NCBI GenBank assembly: GCA_050008535.1
Contig: JBEKML010000002.1
Span: 90,732 to 146,880 of the forward strand
From: Minisyncoccia bacterium
Lineage (GTDB): Bacteria > Patescibacteriota > Minisyncoccia > UBA6257 > 2-01-FULL-56-20
Length of the DNA stretch: 56,149 nt
Reading direction: 5' to 3'
Shown here one piece after another: positions 38,900 to 47,884 of this stretch; within the stretch, counting starts at the first letter, position 1, and each line of letters begins with the position of its first letter. The notes beneath the pieces are model-generated. The model ran no database searches. It worked only from the letters and a program-made list of their open reading frames with translations, and was not told the DNA's origin. A program made the translations under genes and the position numbers.

Positions 38900-39583
38900 A
38901 TGCGATGGACTATCGGCATTGACGAAGTCGGTCGCGGCGCGCTTGCGGGGCCGGTCGTGGTCGCCGCGGCGGCCTTGCCGCGCGGTTTCGCGCCGCGGAG
39001 CCGCGCACTCGGCGCATTAAAAGATTCTAAAAAACTGAACGCGCGGAAACGGGAAGCGTGGCTTTTGCATTTCAACGATTTAAATGATCGTGAGGGTCAA
39101 AACGCCGCCCGCATCATGTTCGCCATCGCCCGTGTCTACCCGCGCCAAATAGAAAAACGAAACATATCAAAGACTGCGAACATGGCGGCAGAACGGGCTT
39201 TTTCGCGGCTTTGCGCGGCGGGCGGAGGCGTTAGCGGCCGAGGCGCCCGCGCTGGCGGAAAGAAAAGAGCCGGTTTTACGTACGCAAAGTGCCGCATTTT
39301 CTTGGATGGAGGACTCTTTTTGGGCAACGGCAGCCAGCCGAAGAACGCACGGACGATCATAAAGGGCGACGAAAAAATCGCCGCCATCAAAGCCGCCTCC
39401 ATTATTGCAAAAGTGCGTCGTGATCGCCTTATGTGCCGCCTGGCAAAAAAATATCCCCACTACGGTTTTGAAATTCACAAAGGATACGGCACGGAAGCGC
39501 ATCGAAGGGCGATCCGAAAGCACGGCCCCTGCCCCGCGCATCGTTTGACGTTTATGGGAAAATCCGCTATCATGAGAAAATAA
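38900..39583 (+). CDS. rnhB: ribonuclease HII
   Basis: GIDEVGRGALAGPV, DSKKL, IKGD, AASIIAKV.RD, HKGYGT. Confidence 0.96.
   Translation: MRWTIGIDEVGRGALAGPVVVAAAALPRGFAPRSRALGALKDSKKLNARKREAWLLHFNDLNDREGQNAARIMFAIARVYPRQIEKRNISKTANMAAERAFSRLCAAGGGVSGRGARAGGKKRAGFTYAKCRIFLDGGLFLGNGSQPKNARTIIKGDEKIAAIKAASIIAKVRRDRLMCRLAKKYPHYGFEIHKGYGTEAHRRAIRKHGPCPAHRLTFMGKSAIMRK
39545..39573 (+). promoter_or_regulatory. promoter for rpmF inside the rnhB 3' end
   Basis: TTGACG-N17-TATCAT. Confidence 0.55.
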
Positions 39584-39587
39584 TTCA

Positions 39588-39740
39588 ATGGGAGGCGTAC
39601 CGGTAAAACATCATTCAAAAGGGAAGGTGGGCAGGCGGCGCTCGCATTTAGCGATGAAGAAAGAAAGGCTATTTGTCTGTAAAAATTGCGGCGCGCAAAA
39701 ATTGGCGCACCGCGCCTGCGCGCAATGTGGTGCGAAATAG
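39588..39740 (+). CDS. rpmF: 50S ribosomal protein L32 (not in the ORF track)
   Basis: MGGVPVKHHSKGKVGRRRSH...CKNCG..KLAHRACAQCG. Confidence 0.93.
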   Translation: MGGVPVKHHSKGKVGRRRSHLAMKKERLFVCKNCGAQKLAHRACAQCGAK

Positions 39741-39797
39741 CGATGGCGCAGGGCGGGTAAGCGGACAAGCAGCGTAAGCGCAGCTCTTTATCAAGTT

Positions 39798-40277
39798 ATG
39801 GCAACAAGGCATTTAATAAGAACCGTTATTCTCCAAACCCTTTACGAGTGGGATTTTTATAACCAAAAGAAAGATGTTACGGAGATCCTGGAACGGAATC
39901 TCGCGGAATTCGCGCCGGGCATCGATGAGCCGGAGTTCGCCTGGAAGATCCTGAAGGGCGTAGCGGAGCATTTGAAGCATATTGACGGCGTGATCACGAA
40001 GGCGGCTCCCGAATGGCCGCTCGATAAGATCGCCATTATTGATCGCAACATCCTGCGCATCGGCCTTTATGAATTGCTTTACGCCAATCCGGACGAGGTA
40101 CCCCCGAAAGTGGCGATCAACGAATCCATTGAGCTCGCGAAGAATTATGGCGGCCCGAACGCGGCGCGCTTCGTGAACGGCGTTTTGGGCACGGTCTATC
40201 GCGAGGTGGGGGAACGGAAGTCGCCGGTTGTTCCCGCGCCGGAAAGATTGGCGAAGAAAACGGGAAAGAAAAAATAA
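39798..40277 (+). CDS. nusB: transcription antitermination factor NusB
   Basis: [31 protein letters not shown]. Confidence 0.96.
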   Translation: MATRHLIRTVILQTLYEWDFYNQKKDVTEILERNLAEFAPGIDEPEFAWKILKGVAEHLKHIDGVITKAAPEWPLDKIAIIDRNILRIGLYELLYANPDEVPPKVAINESIELAKNYGGPNAARFVNGVLGTVYREVGERKSPVVPAPERLAKKTGKKK

Positions 40278-40288
40278 ACACCTGCATC

Positions 40289-40972
40289 ATGAACTCGGAA
40301 AAGTTGGAAAAAAAACTTGGAATTTCCTTCAAGAATAAAGACCTACTCACGGAAGCGCTCACGCATCGTTCATATTTGAACGAGTATCCGCAGTGGCGCT
40401 TGTCGCATAATGAGCGCCTGGAATATTTGGGCGACGCGGTTTTGGAGCTCATCGTCTCGGAAGCGCTCTTCGGAGAATTCCCTGGCTATCCCGAGGGTAG
40501 GCTCACGGTCCTGCGCGCGGCGCTCGTGAACTATCAGATGCTTGCGCGGGTGGCGGAGAAGATCAACCTGGACGATTTTATTTTGATGTCGCGCGGCGAG
40601 CGGAAAGATACCGGCAAGGCGCGCGAAGTGATCCTTGCGAACGCCATTGAGGCGGTGATCGGCGCGATGTACTTGGATCAGGGAATCGATAAGGTCAGCG
40701 CGTTTGTCAAAAAGCACGTGCTGAGCAACCTGGACGAAGTGATGAAGACGAAGAGCTATCGCGACGCGAAGAGCGAACTTCAGGAGATCGTCCAGGAAAA
40801 ATTGCGCGTGACGCCGACCTACCGCATGCTTGAGGAGTCCGGCCCCGCGCACAAGCGTATCTTCAAGATGGGAGTGTATTTTGGCGATACATTTGTGGCC
40901 GAAGGCAGCGGGGCATCCAAGCAGGAAGCCGAACTTGCCGCGGCGAAGAACGCGTTGAAGAAGCACAAATAA
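40289..40972 (+). CDS. rnc: ribonuclease III
   Basis: ALTHRS, NERLEYLGDAVL, dsRBD KSELQE..GASKQEAE. Confidence 0.98.
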   Translation: MNSEKLEKKLGISFKNKDLLTEALTHRSYLNEYPQWRLSHNERLEYLGDAVLELIVSEALFGEFPGYPEGRLTVLRAALVNYQMLARVAEKINLDDFILMSRGERKDTGKAREVILANAIEAVIGAMYLDQGIDKVSAFVKKHVLSNLDEVMKTKSYRDAKSELQEIVQEKLRVTPTYRMLEESGPAHKRIFKMGVYFGDTFVAEGSGASKQEAELAAAKNALKKHK

Positions 40973-43194
40973 TGTCGCACTTTTTGAAACGGCTCGAACT
41001 GAACGGATTCAAGTCCTTTGCGGGGAGGACGGTATTGGAATTCCCGGCGGGGATCGTGGCGATCGTGGGGCCGAACGGCAGCGGGAAATCCAATATTGTT
41101 GACGCCGTGCGGTGGCTTTTGGGAGAACGGGATGCGAAAAATCTGCGCGGCGGGAAGGTGGAAGACCTGATCTTCGCGGGAACGCAGAAGCGGCCGCGGG
41201 TAGGGATGGCGAACGCAAGCCTGCACTTTGAAAACCGGAACAAGTTCTTTCCGGTGGATTTTGAAGAGGTGGCGATCACGCGGCAGATCTCGCGCGGCGG
41301 CGACAGCAAATATTTTTTGAACAAGTCGGAAGTGCTGTTGCGCGACCTTGTTGATTTTTTCGCGAAAGCGCGCATGGGATCACGGGGACTCATTATCATC
41401 GGCCAGGGGGACAGCGATCTTTTCATCCGCTCAACGCCCATGGAGCGGCGTGAGATGATAGAAGAATTGCTCGGCCTTCGCGAGTATCAGCTCAAAAAAT
41501 CCGACGCCGAGCGCCGTTTAAAGAACAGCTGCATCAATTTGGACAAAACAAAGGCGCTCATTGAGGAAATTTTGCCGCACCTGCGTTCCTTGAAGCGGCA
41601 GACGAACCGGTGGGAGCGGCGCGGCGCGCTTGAAGAAGAATTACGCAGCCTTGAAGAGCAATTTTTTGGGTTCCAACTGAAGGAGCTTGGCCAAAAGAGC
41701 ATTGCAGTTGAAGAAAAGATTTCGGCAAGTAAGAAGCAACGGGAAGGTTTGGAAAAAGAACGGCGGGCGGCGGAGGCGCGCCAGGCGGAGATAGAAGCGA
41801 GCCAGCCGGAAGAAAAAAAGAGTCTCGCTCTGATCAAGGGCGAGATTCAATCGCTCATGGAAAAACGGAGCGTGTTGCAAAAGGATATCGGCCGGCTTGA
41901 GGCGCAGGTTGAGCTTGCTGAGTCCGCGACGGGCAGTGCAAGCGGCGGAGCCCGTGCCGGCGGCCCATCCGCGGAACGGCTTCTGCGGCTTGTGAACGAT
42001 ATCAAAGAGGAACTTGGGCGGGCGCTCCACGAGGATGCCCTGGAGCTTCACGCGACCGTGGAAAACATCTTGGAGGAGATCAACGACATATTGCTTGAAG
42101 AGCGGAGCGAAAAGAAACCGGGCGGCGCGGCGAACGGTTTTTCGGCGCAGCTTGAAAAAATTTCAAAGGACCTTGCAGGGTTAGATCGGGAACTCCTCAC
42201 GCTCCGCGAAAAGGAAAAAACATTTGAGCAAAGCCAGGAAGGATTTTACCGGACGTTCAAGGCGGCGGTTGCAGAGGTGCAGGCGGCGAAGAACAGGATA
42301 GGGGAATGGGAGAACGGGAACCGCGAACATGTTTTGGAAAAAGAGCGGCTGGATCTGCGCCGCGAAGAAGTTTTGCGGCAGATTGAACAGGCGGGGCGGC
42401 GGGCAGAGGAATTTACGCGTGCAGAAGTTCCCGCGGGGCTGCACGAAAGCGATCTCCATGAAATGGAGCGGCGGATATTCCGCTTGCGTGGGGACCTTGC
42501 ATCCATCGGCGAAATCGACGAGGCGCTCATGAAGGAAGCGCGCGACACCGAGGCGCGGTACGGATTCCTCACGAAAGAATCCGAAGACCTCGAAAAAGCG
42601 GTCGCCGACCTTACGCATCTTATGCAGGAGTTGAGCGAGAAAATAAAAACGGAATTTGATAAATCGCTTACGAAGATCAATGAGGAATTCAGCAAGTTCT
42701 TCGCTTTGATGTTTGGCGGTGGAACGGCGAAATTAAAGGTGGAAAAACCGAGAGTGGCGAAGATCAACAAAGAAGAAGATGGCGAGGAAGAGGAAAGCGG
42801 CGCAGAAAAAGAAGAAGAGGAAGAAGAGATCATTATTGAAAAAGACGGCGGCGTGGATATAGACGTCCGCTTGCCGCGCAAGAAGATCACCACGCTTGAC
42901 ATGCTCTCCGGCGGCGAGCGCAGTTTGGTGGGCATTGCCGCGCTTTTCGCGATGGTCGCCGTGAGCCCACCGCCTTTCCTTATTTTGGACGAGATCGACG
43001 CGCCGCTTGATGAACGCAATGCGCGCCGCTTCGGCGAGATGCTCAAGGAATTTTCCAAACGCACGCAATTCATCGTGGTCACGCACAACCGCGCCACAAT
43101 GGAAGCGGCGGACATCCTCTACGGCGTGACGCTGGATGAGGATGGGACGTCGAAAATTGTTTCTTTGAAACTGGAACCATCCGCCACAGCGTAA
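40972..43194 (+). CDS. smc: SMC-family chromosome segregation ATPase, short form
   Basis: LNGFKSF, GPNGSGKSN, LSGGE, ILDEIDAPLD, VTHN; coiled-coil centre; follows rnc. Confidence 0.9.
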   Translation: MSHFLKRLELNGFKSFAGRTVLEFPAGIVAIVGPNGSGKSNIVDAVRWLLGERDAKNLRGGKVEDLIFAGTQKRPRVGMANASLHFENRNKFFPVDFEEVAITRQISRGGDSKYFLNKSEVLLRDLVDFFAKARMGSRGLIIIGQGDSDLFIRSTPMERREMIEELLGLREYQLKKSDAERRLKNSCINLDKTKALIEEILPHLRSLKRQTNRWERRGALEEELRSLEEQFFGFQLKELGQKSIAVEEKISASKKQREGLEKERRAAEARQAEIEASQPEEKKSLALIKGEIQSLMEKRSVLQKDIGRLEAQVELAESATGSASGGARAGGPSAERLLRLVNDIKEELGRALHEDALELHATVENILEEINDILLEERSEKKPGGAANGFSAQLEKISKDLAGLDRELLTLREKEKTFEQSQEGFYRTFKAAVAEVQAAKNRIGEWENGNREHVLEKERLDLRREEVLRQIEQAGRRAEEFTRAEVPAGLHESDLHEMERRIFRLRGDLASIGEIDEALMKEARDTEARYGFLTKESEDLEKAVADLTHLMQELSEKIKTEFDKSLTKINEEFSKFFALMFGGGTAKLKVEKPRVAKINKEEDGEEEESGAEKEEEEEEIIIEKDGGVDIDVRLPRKKITTLDMLSGGERSLVGIAALFAMVAVSPPPFLILDEIDAPLDERNARRFGEMLKEFSKRTQFIVVTHNRATMEAADILYGVTLDEDGTSKIVSLKLEPSATA

Positions 43195-43242
43195 GGCCTT
43201 GTGTTGAAAATCTTTATTTCGGATGCTATCATCCATCCGACG

Positions 43243-43313
43243 GGGCCCATAGTAAAGTGGTATTACACCGCATTCGCATTGCGGGGGCGGGAGTTCGATT
43301 CTCCCTGGGTCCA
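43243..43313 (+). tRNA. tRNA-Ala(CGC)
   Basis: Cloverleaf with G3:U70 pair, anticodon loop TTCGCAT, T-loop TTCGATT; upstream TTGAAA-N17-TATCAT; CCA not encoded. Confidence 0.9.
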
Positions 43314-43337
43314 CGGGAATAAAACAATAAAATTGCC

Positions 43338-43544
43338 ATGTGGAAATTTTTGAAATATATCACGAACAACGAGGAGAAGTCGCGCCACGAAGAGCTCTTT
43401 GATGCCATCTTTTGGGTTATTGAAACGCTGGCGCTTGTGTTTGGTACTTGGATCCTGATCGTGGTTCGGGAGGCGCAGTGGATACCGTTCCTCGTCATTG
43501 AATACTGCTGGGCCATGGATAACTTGCGGCACAACCGGCCGTAA
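43338..43544 (+). CDS. small membrane hypothetical protein
   Basis: 68 aa with a hydrophobic core; fits the gap. Confidence 0.6.
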   Translation: MWKFLKYITNNEEKSRHEELFDAIFWVIETLALVFGTWILIVVREAQWIPFLVIEYCWAMDNLRHNRP

Positions 43545-43571
43545 GCGGGATTTTTTGGTATACTATACCCC

Positions 43572-44261
43572 ATGGATAAAATAACTCTTTGGTTCGTTGT
43601 GGGGTTTGTGGTGCTCGTGCTGGTCGTTATCGTTGTGGCCGGTGTGACATCCGGCGGTTTTTCCGCGGGGACGGCAAACAGTACGCCGCCCGAGTTTGTG
43701 GCGACTACGGCGCCCACGATCACCGCCGCTGATTGGACGCGCGGGAAAAAAGACGCAAAAGTTTCGATCATTGAATACGGCGATTTTGAATGCCCGGCCT
43801 GCGCGGAATATTCGCCGGTTATGAATCAACTTTTCGCCGCATACGGCGACCGCGTTCTTTTCGCCTTCAGGAATTTCCCGCTGTATTCCATTCATCCGAA
43901 TGCGGGCATCTCGTCGCAGGCGGCCGAAGCGGCGGGATTGCAGGGAAAATTCTGGGAGATGCACGACCTTCTCTATCAGAAACAAAACGAATGGGCGGGA
44001 GCGGCGTCGAGCAGCGTGGTAAACCAGTATTTTGACAAGTACGCCTCATCGCTCGGCCTGGACGTGAACAAATTCAATCAAAACATCAATGCGAACCCCG
44101 TTGTAAGCAAGGTGCAGGCGGACGTAGCGGGCGGAAATGCGGCGCAGATCGATCACACGCCGACATTCTTCGTAAACCTGAAGCAAATCCCGAATCCGAC
44201 AAGCTACAACGACTTTAAAGCGGTTCTTGACGGGGCACTCGCGTCATCCACAGGCAGTTAA
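43572..44261 (+). CDS. DsbA-family thioredoxin-fold protein
   Basis: N-terminal TM, EYGDFECPAC, FRNFPL, GKFWEMHD, TPTFFVN. Confidence 0.92.
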   Translation: MDKITLWFVVGFVVLVLVVIVVAGVTSGGFSAGTANSTPPEFVATTAPTITAADWTRGKKDAKVSIIEYGDFECPACAEYSPVMNQLFAAYGDRVLFAFRNFPLYSIHPNAGISSQAAEAAGLQGKFWEMHDLLYQKQNEWAGAASSSVVNQYFDKYASSLGLDVNKFNQNINANPVVSKVQADVAGGNAAQIDHTPTFFVNLKQIPNPTSYNDFKAVLDGALASSTGS

Positions 44262-44324
44262 TCCGAATCAGGTATAATAAAGGCAAGCAGTTAAAGGTCG
44301 ATTATCATCGGTTTTTCATTCACT

Positions 44325-45008
44325 ATGGTTGTACAAAATTGGACGGATGTGGTGGTGGCGTCACTCCAGAATGTGTGGCTCCAGTTTGCGAATTTCCTGC
44401 CGGGCCTTATCGGCGCGCTGATCGTTCTTATTATCGGTCTTATCGTCGCCGCTGGGTTGGGAGCGCTCGTGGAGAAGATCTTCGAAGCGCTTCGGTTGGA
44501 TCTATTCCTTGAGAAGCTTGGCTTGAAGCCCCACTTTGAGCGGGCCGGCTTGCGGCTTCGCGGATCATATTTCCTCGGCCGGCTGGTCTACTGGTTCATC
44601 GTGATCGCGTTCCTGCTCGCGGCGTGCAGCAATTTGGGACTCTACGCGCTCTCAAACTTTTTGGGCGCGGTCTTGGGGTATCTCCCGAATGTGATCGCGG
44701 CGGTCTTGATCATGCTCGCGTCGGTCGTGCTCGCGAACTTCATTCGGAGAGTTGTCACGGCGTCGGTCTTGAGCGCAAGACTTCACGCAGCGCATTTCTT
44801 GGGCACGCTCACGTGGTGGGCGATCGTGATCTTCGGGTTCCTCGCGGCGCTTACGCAACTTCAGATCGCGGTAACGATCATTCAGAGCATTGTGACGGGT
44901 TTCATTGCGATGCTCGCGCTGGCCGGCGGTTTGGCCTTCGGCCTTGGCGGGAGAGAGTATGCAACCCATCTTTTGGGCCGGTTGCGGGAACGCACCGAAT
45001 CGCGCTAA
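44325..45008 (+). CDS. conserved TM-helix repeat protein (MscS-associated type)
   Basis: Repeated FLPGLIGAL / YLPNVIAAV units; ALAGGLAFGLGG. Confidence 0.8.
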   Translation: MVVQNWTDVVVASLQNVWLQFANFLPGLIGALIVLIIGLIVAAGLGALVEKIFEALRLDLFLEKLGLKPHFERAGLRLRGSYFLGRLVYWFIVIAFLLAACSNLGLYALSNFLGAVLGYLPNVIAAVLIMLASVVLANFIRRVVTASVLSARLHAAHFLGTLTWWAIVIFGFLAALTQLQIAVTIIQSIVTGFIAMLALAGGLAFGLGGREYATHLLGRLRERTESR

Positions 45009-45080
45009 GCGCATCGGCGCATTAAAAAATCATAAAGCCCTGCTTGACGCAGGGCTTTATGATTTGCTATGCTGTTCCCT

Positions 45081-45455
45081 ATGTTGGCGATCAAATTACA
45101 GCGTGTAGGCAAGAAACATCAGCCGAGCTATCGGCTGGTGGTTGCCGAGAAGAAGTCAAAAATGGCGGCGCCGCCCGTGGAGGATCTGGGCACGTACAGT
45201 CCCTTTACGAAGGCAGCCGCGTTCGATAAAGAACGGATCGCCTATTGGGTGAAAATGGGCGCGCAGCCGACGGTTACCGTGTATAATTTGCTCGTGGAGC
45301 AAGGAGTGCTTTTGGCTCCTAAGGCAGCAGTGAAAATGAAAAAGAAAGCGGTGCCGGCGGCGGCAGATGTGGCGGCGAATGTTCCCGCTGCAACTGCGAA
45401 TGCGGCTACCGCTCCAGCGGCAGAGGAGAAAACGGCTGAAACCCCCGTAGCATAA
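45081..45455 (+). CDS. rpsP: 30S ribosomal protein S16
   Basis: IKLQRVGKKHQPSYRLVV, LGTYSP, GAQPT.TV; Ala-rich tail. Confidence 0.96.
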   Translation: MLAIKLQRVGKKHQPSYRLVVAEKKSKMAAPPVEDLGTYSPFTKAAAFDKERIAYWVKMGAQPTVTVYNLLVEQGVLLAPKAAVKMKKKAVPAAADVAANVPAATANAATAPAAEEKTAETPVA

Positions 45456-45491
45456 CAAAGCGAAAGGTCGAAAGAAAAACCGAGCAACGTA

Positions 45492-45824
45492 ATGGCGAAT
45501 TCATCTACCGCTGACCAGGAATTCCTTGAATACCTCGTGAAATCCCTCGTGGATCATCCGGAGGACGTGAAGGTTGACCGCAAGGTTGACGAAATGGGCG
45601 TTCTGCTCTCGCTTCACGTGAATCCAATGGACATGGGCCAGGTGGTCGGCCGCCAGGGCGCGACCGCAAAGGCAATCCGCTCGCTCTTAAGGATCGTGGG
45701 CGTCAAGAACAACGCGCGCGTGAATCTGAAGATCGAGGAACCGGAAGGCAGCACGCGGCCTCCGAGGGGCGACCGGCCGAGAAGCGAAGGAAGACCACCG
45801 GAAGGACCGCGCAACGACTACTAG
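45492..45824 (+). CDS. khpA: KH-domain RNA-binding protein
   Basis: LVKSLVDHPEDV, DMGQVVGRQGATAKAIR; follows rpsP. Confidence 0.9.
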   Translation: MANSSTADQEFLEYLVKSLVDHPEDVKVDRKVDEMGVLLSLHVNPMDMGQVVGRQGATAKAIRSLLRIVGVKNNARVNLKIEEPEGSTRPPRGDRPRSEGRPPEGPRNDY

Positions 45825-45835
45825 ACGAGCGTTGC

Positions 45836-45903
45836 GGGCAAGAATAATGCGGTTCGAAGAGAGTACTAAGAAGGGCTCTCTTCGAACCGCATTATTCTTG
45901 CCC
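45836..45903. repeat. perfect 28-bp inverted repeat with a 12-nt loop
   Basis: GGGCAAGAATAATGCGGTTCGAAGAGAG / CTCTCTTCGAACCGCATTATTCTTGCCC. Confidence 0.95.
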
Positions 45904-45957
45904 CTAGCGCACGTATGATGCTTGCGTTATTTCTATCACCGCGTATAATACCTCCCA

Positions 45958-46521
45958 ATGGCACTTGCGTATACCGATCTTACCAAGGGAATTCTCTTTA
46001 TCATGGACGGCGCGCCCTATGAGGTTTTGGAGTCCCATTTTTTGCGCATGCAGCAGCGGAAGGCGGTCGTGCAGACGCGCATCAGGAACCTGATAACGGG
46101 GAAACTTTTGGACCGCAACTTCCAGGCGAGCGACAATTTTGAAGAAGCGGAAATAGACCGCGGTTCTGCGATATTCATCTACGCGAGCCGCGGCGAGTAT
46201 TGGTTCCACGAAGAGGGGAACCCCAAGAACCGGTTCTCGCTCACGGAAGATTTTATGGGAACGCAGGGCAAATTTTTGAAACCAAACACCAAAGTAAGCA
46301 CGTGGACATTCAACGGCAAGATCATCAAGGTGGAGATTCCTATCAAGATGGAGTTTAAGGTGATAGAAGCACCGCCGTCCATCAAGGGCAACACCGCGCA
46401 AGGCGGAACGAAAACCGTGGTCGTAGAAGGAGGAGTGAACGTGAACGCACCACTTTTCATTAATGAAGGAGATATGATCCGCGTGAATACGGAAACGGGG
46501 CAGTACGTGGAACGGGTATAG
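45958..46521 (+). CDS. efp: elongation factor P
   Basis: RNLITG, KGNTAQGGTK, PLFINEGD.IRVNT.TGQYVER. Confidence 0.95.
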   Translation: MALAYTDLTKGILFIMDGAPYEVLESHFLRMQQRKAVVQTRIRNLITGKLLDRNFQASDNFEEAEIDRGSAIFIYASRGEYWFHEEGNPKNRFSLTEDFMGTQGKFLKPNTKVSTWTFNGKIIKVEIPIKMEFKVIEAPPSIKGNTAQGGTKTVVVEGGVNVNAPLFINEGDMIRVNTETGQYVERV

Positions 46522-46539
46522 CGGATAGAGTTGTTAAAT

Positions 46540-46678
46540 AAAAAAATCGGCCAGTTGTTGCGCGCAGATGCGGCCCAGTTCTGGCTGGAGGGGTCGGTCT
46601 CCGGAGTAATTTACTCCTTGTAGGCGTCCCACACGCGCCTCGTTGTTCGGCTCTTTATAGAACCTACTCCGACACGTT
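46540..46678 (-). ncRNA. candidate structured small RNA
   Basis: Minus-strand TTGACT-N17-TATACA promoter, several consecutive hairpins, 5'/3' pairing, T7 end, no ORF. Confidence 0.4.
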
Positions 46679-46718
46679 AAAATATGTATAGCAAAAGATA
46701 TAATACAAGTCAAGCGAG

Positions 46719-47843
46719 ATGAAAGATAAAAAAAAGGTTTTTGTCGGTATGTCCGGCGGCGTGGACAGCTCGGTCGCCACGATGCTGTTGCGGGACGAAG
46801 GCCACGAGGTGGTCGGCGTTTTTATGCGCTGCTACAACCTTGACGGTTGCGCCGAACGCGACGCGGAGGATGCGCGGCGCGTGGCGGAACATTTGGGGAT
46901 CCCGTTCTACGTGTGGGATTTTGAAGAGGAATACAAGCGGCGGGTAGTGGATTATATGATCGAGGGCTATCGCGCGGGGATCACGCCGAACCCGGATGTG
47001 ATGTGCAACCGCGAGATAAAATTCGGACTGTTCCTGAAGAAAGCGCTCGCGATGGGCGCGGACTATGTGGCGACGGGGCATTATGTGCGGATTGCAGAAA
47101 GGAAAACCGCCCCAGGCATTTCCAACACGACGGGCCAGAAAACCTTTTCTCTTTTTGCCGCGAAGGACACAAACAAAGACCAATCATATTTTCTGTGGAC
47201 GCTCATGCAGGCAGAGCTTGCGCGCTGTCTTTTCCCGATAGGCGATTTCCTGAAGTCCGACGTGCGCGTGATGGCGCGCCGTGCCGGGCTGCCCACGGCA
47301 GAAAAGAAAGACTCGCAAGGAATATGCTTTCTAGGAAATATTTCCGTGGAAGATTTTTTGAAGCAGCACATTCCCGAGAAGCGCGGTGCGCTTATGACGA
47401 CCACCGGCCTTAAGATCGGCGAACATTCGGGCGCGGAATTTTATACGATCGGCGAGCGTCACTTGAATGCCAATTTTAAATTTCCGAAGACCGGCGGCCT
47501 CACGCAGCGCAAGCCATTCTATGTTGCTTCAAAAGATGCCGCGACAAATACGGTCACGGTTGCCGAGGGCAACGAGAACCCCGCGCTCTATAGAAAGGAG
47601 CTCACGATCGCCAATGTGAATTTTATAAATTCCTCCGATGTTTCTGCGGATATTTCCGCGCGCTCGGAAGTTTTCGCCCGCGTCCGCTATCGCCAGCCAC
47701 TTGCAGCCGCGACACTTTCGGCGCTTGAGAAAGGCCATTATCAGCTCGTTTTTAATAAACCGCAGAAATTTGTGGCTCCCGGCCAGTCGGCGGTGTTTTA
47801 TAGTAGCGAAGGCGAAATGCTCGGGGGCGGCGTAATTCTTTAG
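46719..47843 (+). CDS. mnmA: tRNA 2-thiouridylase MnmA
   Basis: SGGVDS, NPDVMCN, ATGHY, KDQSYFL, DSQGICF, PGQSAVFY. Confidence 0.97.
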   Translation: MKDKKKVFVGMSGGVDSSVATMLLRDEGHEVVGVFMRCYNLDGCAERDAEDARRVAEHLGIPFYVWDFEEEYKRRVVDYMIEGYRAGITPNPDVMCNREIKFGLFLKKALAMGADYVATGHYVRIAERKTAPGISNTTGQKTFSLFAAKDTNKDQSYFLWTLMQAELARCLFPIGDFLKSDVRVMARRAGLPTAEKKDSQGICFLGNISVEDFLKQHIPEKRGALMTTTGLKIGEHSGAEFYTIGERHLNANFKFPKTGGLTQRKPFYVASKDAATNTVTVAEGNENPALYRKELTIANVNFINSSDVSADISARSEVFARVRYRQPLAAATLSALEKGHYQLVFNKPQKFVAPGQSAVFYSSEGEMLGGGVIL

Positions 47844-47884
47844 TTATTTTGCCAATCGGAAGTTTCGGTGATAATCTATAGGCA

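Noticed and set aside
38372-43313. tRNAs lacking encoded CCA as pseudogenes or att sites
   Set aside because: The cloverleaves are intact, CCA is commonly added post-transcriptionally, and no duplicated tRNA 3' ends were seen
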